Shown here in pieces: positions 29,635 to 38,577 of a stretch of DNA of 64,000 nt. Numbering within the stretch: position 1 is the stretch's first letter; the number at the start of each line of letters is the position of its first letter. This DNA is from Sumerlaeia bacterium (lineage in GTDB: Bacteria > Sumerlaeota > Sumerlaeia > SLMS01 > JAHLLQ01), in NCBI GenBank assembly GCA_040219255.1, contig JAVJSW010000037.1:32001-96000 (forward strand), given 5' to 3'. The notes under the pieces were generated by a model, which did not search any database, was not told the DNA's origin, and worked only from the letters and a program-made list of their open reading frames with translations. Made by a program: the position numbers and the translations under genes.

Positions 29635-32208
29635 ATGAGACCCTCGCTCCCGTTTCCGCGCCTCCTGCTCTTTTTCCTCGGCTGCACGCTGCTCTCCAAC
29701 GGGTGGGTCTTCGTGCTCACCTGTCACATCGTGGGGCACTGGTTCCTGCCGCTCGACGACGCTTTCATCTACGTTCAATATGCCGAGCGCATCGCGGATT
29801 TGCGGCCCTTTTCCTATCGCCCGGGCGGCGGCTTCTCCACCGGAGCCACCAGTCCCCTCTATCCGTTCCTGCTCGCTCCGTTCGCGCTTGTCCTCAGGCC
29901 AGAGGCGATGGTCTGGCCACTTCTGGCGTTCTCCGTACTTTGGAAAGTCCTGACGGCGTTGGGGGTTTACCGGGCCGCCTGGGCGATGACGCGCCAACCG
30001 GGGCCGGGCTTGGTGGCGGGGTTGATCGTTTGCTTTCACGGCGTCATTACTTTTGGAATGATGAATGGAATGGAGACCGGGCTGTTGGCGGCGTCGGCGG
30101 CGTGGTCGCTGGTGTTGGCGATGGAGGCTCTGCGGCGCCCGGAGCGGCCGCTATCGACCGGCCGTATGCTGGTGGTCGCGGCGGTCTTCGCGGTGCTGAG
30201 CCTGTGCCGGCCCGAGGCCGCCTTCGTCCCCGCTGCTCTTTTCGTCGCATCCTTCTTCCTCCGGGTGCCCAAGGGTTTCCGCGCCGCGATCGGGTTATCC
30301 CTGCTTCCCGGCGTGCTCTACGTCGCCCTGGTGGTCTTGATGTCGGGGCGCTTGGGGACATCGACATCGGCGGCGAAGCTCCTGACGGTGCATCCGTTTC
30401 AATCGCGCCTGGAGACACTGACGCACGCGGCGTATTCGCTGGATCGCATGGGGCGGCTGCGCATCGGAGGGTTGTTGGCTTTCCCGCCGTTCGCCATTCT
30501 GGGGGCTTTGCTCGCTCTGGTCGCGAACCGCCGGGCGCGGCCGGGGTGGCTGCCGCTGCTGTGGCTGGTGCCGCTGCTGGCGCCGTTCCTATCGGTGGAT
30601 CCGATTCTGCATGATGGCCGGTACTTCGCCGGATGGTTGCCGATCCTGTTCTTGTTATGGACGGTGGGGGCGTGGACGTTGGTGGGATGGATCGGGCGGA
30701 AGTTCCGGAGGGCGGCGTGGCTGGTGCTGGCCGCGGCGGGTCTTCTCCCAGGGCTCATTTCCTTGCCGGCGAAGTCTCAGGAATTCAGCCATCTCGCCAA
30801 TGAAATGGGGCGGATGCACAAGCCCGCCGCGGATTGGCTGCGCGAGAACGTGCGGCGGGGCGAGATCGTCGGCATCCACGACGCCGGGATTCTGGCGGCC
30901 TTGAGCGATCAATTGGTCGTGGACTTCAATGGTCTGGTGACGGCGGATCTGACGGGCCTGGCCGGCAGCGGGCCCGGCTCGTTGTGGGAGGGTCTGGAGC
31001 GCCGCCCTTTCGCCGAATATCCGCAATGGATCGCCAGCTTCCCGGCCTTTACCCATAGCGCCATGACCGCCCAGGCGATGACGGAATTCCCCCTGGAAGA
31101 CAACATCTGGGGGGCCGGGACGCCGTTGGTGATTTGGAGCATGAAGCTGCCCTGGCTGACGCGCGCGATGGACCCTGCCGCTCCGCCGGCCGAGGCCTGG
31201 GAGTTGGTTGACTGGATCGATCACGGGGACCGCGAGAGCGAGGAGGCCCATGGATATAAGTCCTGGTTCCTCAGCCCTTGGCGGAAAACCGACCCGGCGC
31301 TTCTGCGCGAATTGCCTCTTTCTCCCGATTCGTCCTTTCGGATCATGGACGGGGGCCGGCGCAGTACGGATTTTGAGGAGTTTACCCTCGTCCGGAACCC
31401 GAACGCGGAGGCGCTTCTCGTGCTTCGTGTGTGGTCGGATGAGGAGGCGGCCCTCCTAATCGGATGGCCGGGCGGGTCGGCCGAGGTCCCGCTGGCCAAG
31501 GCGGCGGGGAGCTTTCAAGAGGTGGCCGTTCCCATTCCCGCGGGCGGAGGGGGGGCGGAGCTGCGTTTCAGGATTCAACCGGTGCGCGGTGAAATGCCCG
31601 TGCCCGAAGCCATGGAAGTCTATCACGGCTGGCTTTACCAGCCGGCCGGTTCGCTACCCGAGGCAACGAGCCGCCTGGCGGCGGCGGAAGCCGGAGCCAG
31701 CGAGCGTTTCCTTTTCGGGGAGCGAGGCTATTTGAAGTACCACGACGATTTCTATGGGTCCTGGCTGCCGCTCGACGAGCGGTTCGCGCTGATCTGGCAC
31801 GAGGGCTGGGACTCGAATCTGAGCTACGGGAAGGCGAATCCCTACCGTTGGATTCTTGGAACGCGAGTGGGGTTGGGTTTACCGATTCGGGAGCTGACCG
31901 GCGAAGAGGTCGTCGTACGCCTGCATGGCCGGGCCATGGGCGACGCCGAAGGCGCCCTGCCCAATCGGGTTACTCCGGTGGTGGGAGGCGTGCGCCTCGA
32001 TCCCGTGGACTTCGGGCCCGAATCCGAGCAGACTGTGACGCTGAGAATTCCAGCCGAACGCCTGCAACCGGGGATCAACCCGCTGGTCCTGGAATTCGAG
32101 AACAGTTACAGCGTCCAACTCCTCGATCCCGGTTCGAAGGACGATCGCCAGTTAGTGATGGCGGTCTTCGGCGTCCAGGTTTTCGGCGCGGGATTCCGGG
32201 AAGAGTAG
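29635..32208 (+). CDS. GT-C-fold membrane glycosyltransferase-like protein with extracellular C-terminal domains
   Basis: PLDDAFIY.QYA, STGATSPLY, GMETGL, RPEA, GRY, DAG, DFNGLV motifs and many TM helices. Confidence 0.78.
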   Translation: MRPSLPFPRLLLFFLGCTLLSNGWVFVLTCHIVGHWFLPLDDAFIYVQYAERIADLRPFSYRPGGGFSTGATSPLYPFLLAPFALVLRPEAMVWPLLAFSVLWKVLTALGVYRAAWAMTRQPGPGLVAGLIVCFHGVITFGMMNGMETGLLAASAAWSLVLAMEALRRPERPLSTGRMLVVAAVFAVLSLCRPEAAFVPAALFVASFFLRVPKGFRAAIGLSLLPGVLYVALVVLMSGRLGTSTSAAKLLTVHPFQSRLETLTHAAYSLDRMGRLRIGGLLAFPPFAILGALLALVANRRARPGWLPLLWLVPLLAPFLSVDPILHDGRYFAGWLPILFLLWTVGAWTLVGWIGRKFRRAAWLVLAAAGLLPGLISLPAKSQEFSHLANEMGRMHKPAADWLRENVRRGEIVGIHDAGILAALSDQLVVDFNGLVTADLTGLAGSGPGSLWEGLERRPFAEYPQWIASFPAFTHSAMTAQAMTEFPLEDNIWGAGTPLVIWSMKLPWLTRAMDPAAPPAEAWELVDWIDHGDRESEEAHGYKSWFLSPWRKTDPALLRELPLSPDSSFRIMDGGRRSTDFEEFTLVRNPNAEALLVLRVWSDEEAALLIGWPGGSAEVPLAKAAGSFQEVAVPIPAGGGGAELRFRIQPVRGEMPVPEAMEVYHGWLYQPAGSLPEATSRLAAAEAGASERFLFGERGYLKYHDDFYGSWLPLDERFALIWHEGWDSNLSYGKANPYRWILGTRVGLGLPIRELTGEEVVVRLHGRAMGDAEGALPNRVTPVVGGVRLDPVDFGPESEQTVTLRIPAERLQPGINPLVLEFENSYSVQLLDPGSKDDRQLVMAVFGVQVFGAGFREE

Positions 32209-32300
32209 AGCTTTCGGAGATCGGGCTTCCTCGCGCCGCGGGAAATCGTAGGATCAGCGGGGCGGTTCGGACGGAAGGGCCGGCCGAGGCGAATTCGCGC

Positions 32301-32332
32301 AAGGAAAAGCCCGGACCGCGAGGGTCCGGGCT
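32301..32332 (-). terminator. Rho-independent terminator after the TPR gene
   Basis: AGCCCGGACC-gcgag-GGTCCGGGCT hairpin followed on the minus strand by TTTCCTT. Confidence 0.7.
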
Positions 32333-32363
32333 CAAGTCTTCTGAGTCTGTTGGATTGGGCTAC

Positions 32364-33005
32364 TTACGAACCGACGCGGGCAAGGGCGTCATCGACTTTG
32401 GGGCCGATGTCGAAAGCGTCCTTGGACGCCTGGTAGTCCATGCGTGCCATGTCCATGTCGCCCATGGCTTCGTAGACGCGGCCGCGCTCGTAGTAGCTGT
32501 GAGCGAGGGCTTCATCGTCGGGGGCGAGTTCGATGGCTTCGTTGAACTGGCCGGCGGCTTGCTCATACTCGCCCTGGACGCCGTAGACGACGCCGCGGTT
32601 GTGATAGGGCTCGTAGTAATTGGGCTCGATTTCGGTGGCCTCGCCGAAATCGGCGATGGCGTTTTCGTTGTTGCCGACGCGGAATTCCGCCAGGCCACGG
32701 TTGTTGTAGGCGTAGGCGTAATCGGCATCGATTTCGATGGCTTCATCGTAGGCCTGGATGGCGCCGATGTAGTCGCCCTGCTCGTGAAGGGCGATGCCCT
32801 TGTTGTTCAGGGCCAACTTGTTGTCCGGGTTGGCATCGAGGATCTGATTGAAGTTATCGGTCGCGGTGGCGAAGTCGTTGTCGCGGATGGCGGCGACGCC
32901 GCGCTCGTTCTGAACGCTGAGGCCAGAGACGCAGCCCATGGAGAGGAGCAGAGCGCTAGCCGTGGTGACAACCGCGAGGGGGCGGAAAAGAGAGTTCATC
33001 TTCAT
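32364..33005 (-). CDS. TPR repeat lipoprotein
   Basis: Lipobox-like LLSMG-C; repeated AYNNRG...A..DF..A.EI.P TPR units. Confidence 0.88.
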   Translation of the reverse strand: MKMNSLFRPLAVVTTASALLLSMGCVSGLSVQNERGVAAIRDNDFATATDNFNQILDANPDNKLALNNKGIALHEQGDYIGAIQAYDEAIEIDADYAYAYNNRGLAEFRVGNNENAIADFGEATEIEPNYYEPYHNRGVVYGVQGEYEQAAGQFNEAIELAPDDEALAHSYYERGRVYEAMGDMDMARMDYQASKDAFDIGPKVDDALARVGS

Positions 33006-33059
33006 TGGTCGTCGTCTTTCGTGAGAGGCGAGTTCGTCGAGAGATTGGCGGCTAGAGGG

Positions 33060-33911
33060 TTATTCGACCGCTTCGATGACAGGAGGGGTGTCATTGTTGC
33101 CTTCGATCACGCTGATTTCTTCGCGATCCTGGTCGTCGTCCTCGTCGTCATCGCGGATACGCTCACGGTAGCCTTCGTCGTAGATCAGGTAGCCACCGGC
33201 GCCGAGTGCGGCGGCGCCGACAACGGCGCCCGCGGCGATCAGACCTGTGTTCGCACCGCCACCGGCCCACCAGGCACCGGCGATCTTGCGGTCGTCGGGG
33301 GTGAGTTGACCGGTCGACTGCTCGTTACCGGGAAGGCGGCCTTGGCCGGCGTCTTTCGGGACGACCTTATAGCCTTCGGCCATGTTGGCGTCCTTGACGA
33401 CGATCATCCCGGCGCCGGGGGTCACGACGGCGAGTTGGTTGCCGGTCGTGGTGTTCTTGATAGCCATGGCGCCTTGCAGCACTTCCACCATCAGGTTGCC
33501 CAGGGGGTCGCTGGTGATGCCGGCGATCTGCGCTTTGTCGTTTTCCAAGGCGGTGACGACGAGGTCGTTGAAGGCGATTTTGCCCTTCAGGCCCTCTTCG
33601 GAAGCCACGGCGACGCTGCCTTCCTTGATCGCCACGGTGGACGCATCGGGGAAGGTGACGTTGGAATTCATGCCGACGAGAACGGCGTCGCCGTTGGCAA
33701 GGGAGACGGAGACGAGGGATTCGGCGGACTTGATAAAGTCGCCGGTTTCCACTTCATTGAGGGTGGAGACGCGGGCGGGAAGGGTCTTCTCTCCGCGCAG
33801 GATATTGTACGAACCCTCGGAGCGAGCCAAACCGGCCCGCTCGCCCGCGAAGGCGGGGGCAAGCAGCAGTGTTGCCAGGGAAACGCTGAGGAAAGCTTTG
33901 GCGTTACTCAT
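33060..33911 (-). CDS. Secreted FecR-like beta-domain protein with Gly/Ala-rich C-terminal TM and acidic tail
   Basis: Signal peptide AFA-G; GDFIKS...VSLANGD.VLVG.NS.V, EGSV and VEVLQG resemble FecR; GLIAAGAVVGAAALGAGGYLIY then DDDEDDDQD. Confidence 0.6.
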   Translation of the reverse strand: MSNAKAFLSVSLATLLLAPAFAGERAGLARSEGSYNILRGEKTLPARVSTLNEVETGDFIKSAESLVSVSLANGDAVLVGMNSNVTFPDASTVAIKEGSVAVASEEGLKGKIAFNDLVVTALENDKAQIAGITSDPLGNLMVEVLQGAMAIKNTTTGNQLAVVTPGAGMIVVKDANMAEGYKVVPKDAGQGRLPGNEQSTGQLTPDDRKIAGAWWAGGGANTGLIAAGAVVGAAALGAGGYLIYDEGYRERIRDDDEDDDQDREEISVIEGNNDTPPVIEAVE

Positions 33912-34077
33912 GTTAGGTATTCCTTCTTGTTGAAAGGGTGAGGCCGATTTGGCATCGTCCAATCCCGGAGTAGTCAATTTAGTCCATATGCTGGCGCAAC
34001 AGTGGGGAGTTAGGGGGGTCTGACGCAAGGTTTAATTCTGTCATGATTCCTGCGCAAACGCCTAGAGCGGTCTGAAT

Positions 34078-35466
34078 TTACCCCAGTTTCCCGTTTAGCT
34101 TAAGCATGACGTGTTCCCGATACAACTCGCGGCGGAAATCGCAGAACCCGTCGTTTTTCGTCAAAGAGCCTGTTTTCAGGTACATAGACGCCTGACAACC
34201 CCCTTGGCAGAAATTGCGCCAGGCGCAGCTTCGGCACTCTTCGACGACGTATCGGCGCTGAAGCATTTGCTCGCGCAGCCGGCGGTTCTTCTCGCCGTGG
34301 TGTATCTCGTCCAGCGAGTTGTCGAAAATGTTCCCCGTCGTGAATTCCGGGCCCCGCAGCACCGGGCAGTTCCAGGCCTGGCCTTGCGAATCGACGAGGG
34401 TGGTTTCTCCCAGCGGACACCAGTGGCCGCCGTTGGGGTCGGCGTCGGGGACAAATCCGGGAAAGCCGGCCCGCACGGTGAGCTTGCGCTTCTGGCGGGG
34501 GAATTCCAGGAGGAGCCAGCGGATGACCGAGCGCAACTCCTCAGGGTCCGGTCCGATGACCTCCCAGTTGGCTTCCGCCGCCTTCATTTTGTTGAGGTTG
34601 ACGAAGCGAAGCAGACGAACGCCGGCGTCCTCGGCGCGGTCGATCATGGCTTTCACCTGGTCGAGGAGGCAGCGGGTCAAGGTCGTGGAAATGATGACAT
34701 CGGGCGCGCCGAGGGCGCCGAGCCGCTCGATCGCCGCCCAGGTTTTGGCGAAGCTGCCCTGGCCGCGGACGAAGTCGTGGATCTCGGCACTTGGACCGTC
34801 GAGGCTGACCTGGATTCGCACCGGCAGCTTGGCCAGCCGCTCCATCTGCTCGTCCTTGATCAGCATGGCGTTGGTCGTTACGGTGACGAAGCGGGTGCGT
34901 TGCAGGGCTTTTTCGATGATGTCGAGGATGTCTTTGCGCAGGAAGGGTTCGCCGCCGGTGATGTTGACGACGCATTCGCCGCGCAGGTCCATGTATTCGT
35001 CGAGGAGGCGAAAGACGTCGGTGGTTGAGAGCTTGGTTTTCGGCATGTTGCCCATGACGACGTAGCAGTGCTTGCATTGCAGGTTGCACTGATCGGTGAC
35101 ATAGATGCTGAAGTCCGGCATTTTGGGGGGCTTGGACTTGGCGGCGTCTTTGGGCAGGGGGGCGTTTTCGAGGAGGTTGGCGGCGTAGAGTTGGCGGAGG
35201 AAGCCCTTGAGGTCCTGGTGGATCTGCTGGGCGGTGGCGCCGGTGTATCGGCTGGCGAGTTCCTCGCAGAGGGCGCCGGCGGAGCGCGAGCCGTCGAGCG
35301 CCTGAGCCAGGCGCAATCCGGCTTCGTTGGTGACGGCCCAGCGGGCCTGCTCGGGATGGAGGAGGATGAGGGACTCGCCGGCACGGTCGACGATGAGATC
35401 GGGATAGACGCGGGGAGCCCAGTCGGGGCTATCCAACAGATTCGTTCCTGTTTCCAAAACGCTCAT
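34078..35466 (-). CDS. RRE(PqqD)-radical SAM-SPASM peptide maturase
   Basis: N-terminal RRE (WAVTNEAGLRLAQALDGSRS..LCEELASRY), CNLQCKHC, TGGEPF, SLDG...HD.VRG.GSF, SPASM CPLG...CP...CRSCAWRNFCQGGC...C. Confidence 0.93.
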   Translation of the reverse strand: MSVLETGTNLLDSPDWAPRVYPDLIVDRAGESLILLHPEQARWAVTNEAGLRLAQALDGSRSAGALCEELASRYTGATAQQIHQDLKGFLRQLYAANLLENAPLPKDAAKSKPPKMPDFSIYVTDQCNLQCKHCYVVMGNMPKTKLSTTDVFRLLDEYMDLRGECVVNITGGEPFLRKDILDIIEKALQRTRFVTVTTNAMLIKDEQMERLAKLPVRIQVSLDGPSAEIHDFVRGQGSFAKTWAAIERLGALGAPDVIISTTLTRCLLDQVKAMIDRAEDAGVRLLRFVNLNKMKAAEANWEVIGPDPEELRSVIRWLLLEFPRQKRKLTVRAGFPGFVPDADPNGGHWCPLGETTLVDSQGQAWNCPVLRGPEFTTGNIFDNSLDEIHHGEKNRRLREQMLQRRYVVEECRSCAWRNFCQGGCQASMYLKTGSLTKNDGFCDFRRELYREHVMLKLNGKLG

Positions 35467-35503
35467 GGGTGCTGCCTGCTCTTTCGAAGGAACGCCTCAG
35501 GGG

Positions 35504-36805
35504 TCATCGGCGGCGGGGTTTGACGGCGGCTGCGGCGAAGGGTTTGGGCTGGGCCGGCAGGGAATTTCTTAGGCGAACGAGATTCCAATACCGCAGTGGA
35601 TTTCGCGTCATCAGGGCGGAGAGGCCAACGCGCAGTTTCATCAGTTGCCGCCGGACCGGAGCCCCCACCAGCACGGCACCGATCAGCGGATCGGTCTGGG
35701 CGCCGCTGTAGCCGGGAAGGCGGGGGGGGTGGCTGATTTCGCGGCGCCCGAATGCCGTACCGACCCACGTGCAACCGTAGTGCCAGAGGGAGCGGGGCAG
35801 GGCGAGCAGACTTGTCATATAATCGAAGGCGAGCAGTGACGCGCGGTCCGCCGCCAGTTCGCCGTAGAGGCGCAGCAGACCGGCACAGGAGGTTTCTTCG
35901 CCGGTGCTCCACTGGGGCGCCTGTTCGGGCAGCGGAGCCGATGGGTGGCAATGGGCGTTCAGGAAGCGGAAGAAGGCCGCCAGAGAGACGGCGGCCTGAT
36001 GGCGGGCGGCCAATTCCATGGCGCGCTCGGCCAATCGCGAGACGTCGCCGGGGGTGGCGGCGGGGCCGAGCAGCGGCGACGGCAGGGCGACGAAGAGCGC
36101 GGCGTCGCAGACGTCGCGCCAAATGCGGGCGCCGCCGTGTTGCTGGGCATGAATCGCCAGCATCAGAAGATGATGGGCCGGGTCGGGCTGAAGCACCTGC
36201 CAGTCCGCCGGATAGGACGGATGGGGCCGGGTGGCGGCGCAGATTTCTTCGCTGAAGGCGTTGGAGCCTTCGAGGAGATCGAGCGAAATGCCGTTTCGGC
36301 TGGCCCAGGAGTTCGCGGTGTAAAGCCAGCCGAGGGAGGCGAGGAGGTCCTGGACCCGTTCGGATTGCTCGGGCCGGATGATAAAATCGAAGTCGCTCAT
36401 GAAGCGCAGCGCGGGCGAAGGGAAGTAGGGCGAGAGGGCGGCTCCCTTGACCAGAATGACGGGCCCCACGCCGTCTTTGTGGAATTCCTCGAGCAACTGC
36501 TGGAGAACGCGCTGGCGCTCGTAATACTGCGCGGCGGCCTGATAAAAGGAGAGGGGTTCTTTAAGTCCGCCGCCTTCCTGGACCATAACCTGTTCGGGTT
36601 CAAAGCCGAGATCGATGGCGTGATGGCGCAGGAGGGGCTCGAGGTGGTAGAGTGCGGGCAGGCGGGGGAGGGGTTCCCAGGTGGGCGAACGGACCATGGC
36701 CTGGGCCGATTCGGCCTGGGCGGGCGTAAGGTCGGGACGGGCCGTGAGCCCCACGAAGCGCATGAGGCGGTCGCGGGACGGTGCATCGAGATGTCCCAAA
36801 CGCAT
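35504..36805 (-). CDS. Nucleotidyltransferase family protein (NTP_transf_5-like)
   Basis: VILVKGAAL...P..RFMSDFDFII and LLMLAIHA..HG...IWRDVCD. ATG at 36805 preferred. Confidence 0.85.
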   Translation of the reverse strand: MRLGHLDAPSRDRLMRFVGLTARPDLTPAQAESAQAMVRSPTWEPLPRLPALYHLEPLLRHHAIDLGFEPEQVMVQEGGGLKEPLSFYQAAAQYYERQRVLQQLLEEFHKDGVGPVILVKGAALSPYFPSPALRFMSDFDFIIRPEQSERVQDLLASLGWLYTANSWASRNGISLDLLEGSNAFSEEICAATRPHPSYPADWQVLQPDPAHHLLMLAIHAQQHGGARIWRDVCDAALFVALPSPLLGPAATPGDVSRLAERAMELAARHQAAVSLAAFFRFLNAHCHPSAPLPEQAPQWSTGEETSCAGLLRLYGELAADRASLLAFDYMTSLLALPRSLWHYGCTWVGTAFGRREISHPPRLPGYSGAQTDPLIGAVLVGAPVRRQLMKLRVGLSALMTRNPLRYWNLVRLRNSLPAQPKPFAAAAVKPRRR

Positions 36806-36822
36806 GGAAAGTTCAGACCTCT

Positions 36823-37920
36823 TCAGAGTGTCGCGACCGGTCCGGCGCCGAGGACGGCGTCTTCCAGAACACGGGCCGATCGGTGGGGCGTACCCCCCGG
36901 GGTAAACCGCCAGAAGGAGCATTCCCGCAAACTCGCTGCCAGGTCTATGAAAACCCGACCCAAGGGGAGGGAAGGGGCGCTTTGGCTGGGGCGGCGGATC
37001 ACGCTGGCGAGGCTGGTCAAGCCTTGCGAGGGCTTAAGCGTTTCCAGGGACGGGTTCGCTGGTCTCTCTGGCATGAGGTCGGTGCTCGAGTCGCCGGCGT
37101 GCTGAAAGAGGATCATGGCGCCCTCCTGCCGCGCCAGGCGGTCGATTTCGCCCAGAAGAGCCAGTGAGGGTTTGGCCGGCAGTTCCAGGTAGCCGAAGCC
37201 GAAGCGTTCGCCGGCGCGGCGGATTTCGACGCCGGGGAAGAGGCTGGGCTGGAATGGTCCGGCAAAGGGGGTGCTGAACCAGATGGTGAAAGGCTGCTCC
37301 TCGCCAGCGGCGTTTATGGGGGTCTGGCCAGCGCCCATCCGGTGGGAGAGCAGGACGATGCTTGCTCCCTGGAGGGACGCGGGCTCGGGCCAGACGCATT
37401 CCCAGCTTTGCCAGCCGGCTTTCGCGTCGGCCTGGGAGGGGTCGCGGTCGGGGCGTTTGAGGGAGCCGCTGCGGGGGAAGGGGTGGATGAGGCCCTCGCG
37501 CAGCGGGATGGCCAGTGTGTCTTCCGCGAGCAGAACCCAGCCAGCGCCGGAGTCGATGAGGCACCGGGTCAGGGTGGTCTTGCCGGCACCGCTGTCGCCG
37601 GTCAGGAGAAGGACGCGGCCGGTGGGTTCGTGGATGAGAGCGTTGCCATGGAGCAGGCACAAGCCGGGGCGGAGTTCGGCGAGGACCTGATGAAGGAGGA
37701 TAAGGGAGGCGGCGACGCGGAAGGAGGATTTTCCGACGGTGAGGTGGAAGCGTTTACCTATGGCTGGATAGGAAATTTCGCACCGATTTCCACGCCAGTC
37801 GAGGAGGGCTTCGGGTTGGGGGAAGGGGTTGGGTGTGGGGAAGAGGTGGTAGACGCCTGCTAAAACAGAAAGAACGTCCTTGTCGCCGGTGAGGACGACA
37901 GGGACGCCAGCTGCAAGCAA
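36823..37920 (-). CDS. HPr kinase-related P-loop kinase
   Basis: LLHGNAL, LLLTGDSGAGKTTL, W.LLAEDTLAI, PFPR. Start codon (TTG) uncertain. Confidence 0.82.
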   Translation of the reverse strand: MLAAGVPVVLTGDKDVLSVLAGVYHLFPTPNPFPQPEALLDWRGNRCEISYPAIGKRFHLTVGKSSFRVAASLILLHQVLAELRPGLCLLHGNALIHEPTGRVLLLTGDSGAGKTTLTRCLIDSGAGWVLLAEDTLAIPLREGLIHPFPRSGSLKRPDRDPSQADAKAGWQSWECVWPEPASLQGASIVLLSHRMGAGQTPINAAGEEQPFTIWFSTPFAGPFQPSLFPGVEIRRAGERFGFGYLELPAKPSLALLGEIDRLARQEGAMILFQHAGDSSTDLMPERPANPSLETLKPSQGLTSLASVIRRPSQSAPSLPLGRVFIDLAASLRECSFWRFTPGGTPHRSARVLEDAVLGAGPVATL

Positions 37921-37955
37921 ATGAAAGTCTTCTGAGGCTGACTCGGGCGAACCGA

Positions 37956-38153
37956 TTAGTAGAAGACCTCCGCTTCGGCGTCGCGGCCGAGGGTGCCGTC
38001 GCCCTCGTCGGGGGTGCCGGGACCGCGGCGCAGGGGGAAGCCACCGGTGCAGGCGTTTACTTCCATCGAGACATCTTCCATGCCTTCCATGGAGTGGGTC
38101 AAGATTTTGGGAGCTTCGTATTGCTCATTCGTATGGTTGGTCTTGTTTTCCAT
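37956..38153 (-). CDS. Putative RiPP precursor peptide (65 aa)
   Basis: GGAG RBS; leader motif YEAPKI (YxxPx[LI], RRE-binding type); acidic leader then NA-CTGGFPLRRGPGTPDEGDGTLGRDAEAEVFY; lies between the PqqD and kinase genes. Confidence 0.78.
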   Translation of the reverse strand: MENKTNHTNEQYEAPKILTHSMEGMEDVSMEVNACTGGFPLRRGPGTPDEGDGTLGRDAEAEVFY

Positions 38154-38511
38154 TGTTGTCTCCGTAGTTAGCGTATGGTGAGGCGTCGGGAATCAGCTTC
38201 TCGTTTTGCAGGTCTCGTAATGTGTCGCGCACATCCTGGGTGATTTTCTCGCGGCTCACGTCCGGGTAGGACTCCATCAGTGAGGTCACGATCCCATTTA
38301 TGTCAACGCCTGAAGTGTGACACTGCCAGATAACGAATGCAACCCGGTTAAGCATATGGACGGTCCGGGTGCGCGCGTCATAGACGGCCACGGTGTTTCC
38401 TAAGCGTTGATAGTGCCAACGGCTCTGTTTTCCTGGCAACTCTCCTTGATGGGTGGGGTCTTGTTGAGTGGGGCCTTGATGGGTGGGGTTGAATTCCTGA
38501 GCGCTGGCCAT
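38125..38511 (-). CDS. Stand-alone PqqD/RRE peptide chaperone
   Basis: VAVYDARTRTVHMLNRVAFVIWQC....I..IV..L..SYPDVSREKITQDVRDTLRDLQNEKLI. Confidence 0.9.
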   Translation of the reverse strand: MASAQEFNPTHQGPTQQDPTHQGELPGKQSRWHYQRLGNTVAVYDARTRTVHMLNRVAFVIWQCHTSGVDINGIVTSLMESYPDVSREKITQDVRDTLRDLQNEKLIPDASPYANYGDNNGKQDQPYE

Positions 38512-38577
38512 TGAAGCGAGGTCCCGGAAATCCAGGTCGATTTCTTTTCCCAGCTAACTGGGAAAAGCTGTGGAACA

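Noticed and set aside
34078-38511. Lasso peptide or PQQ biosynthesis cluster
   Set aside because: No lasso cyclase or B2 peptidase and no Asp/Glu at core positions 7-9; no pqqB/pqqC, and the precursor does not resemble the short PqqA peptide.
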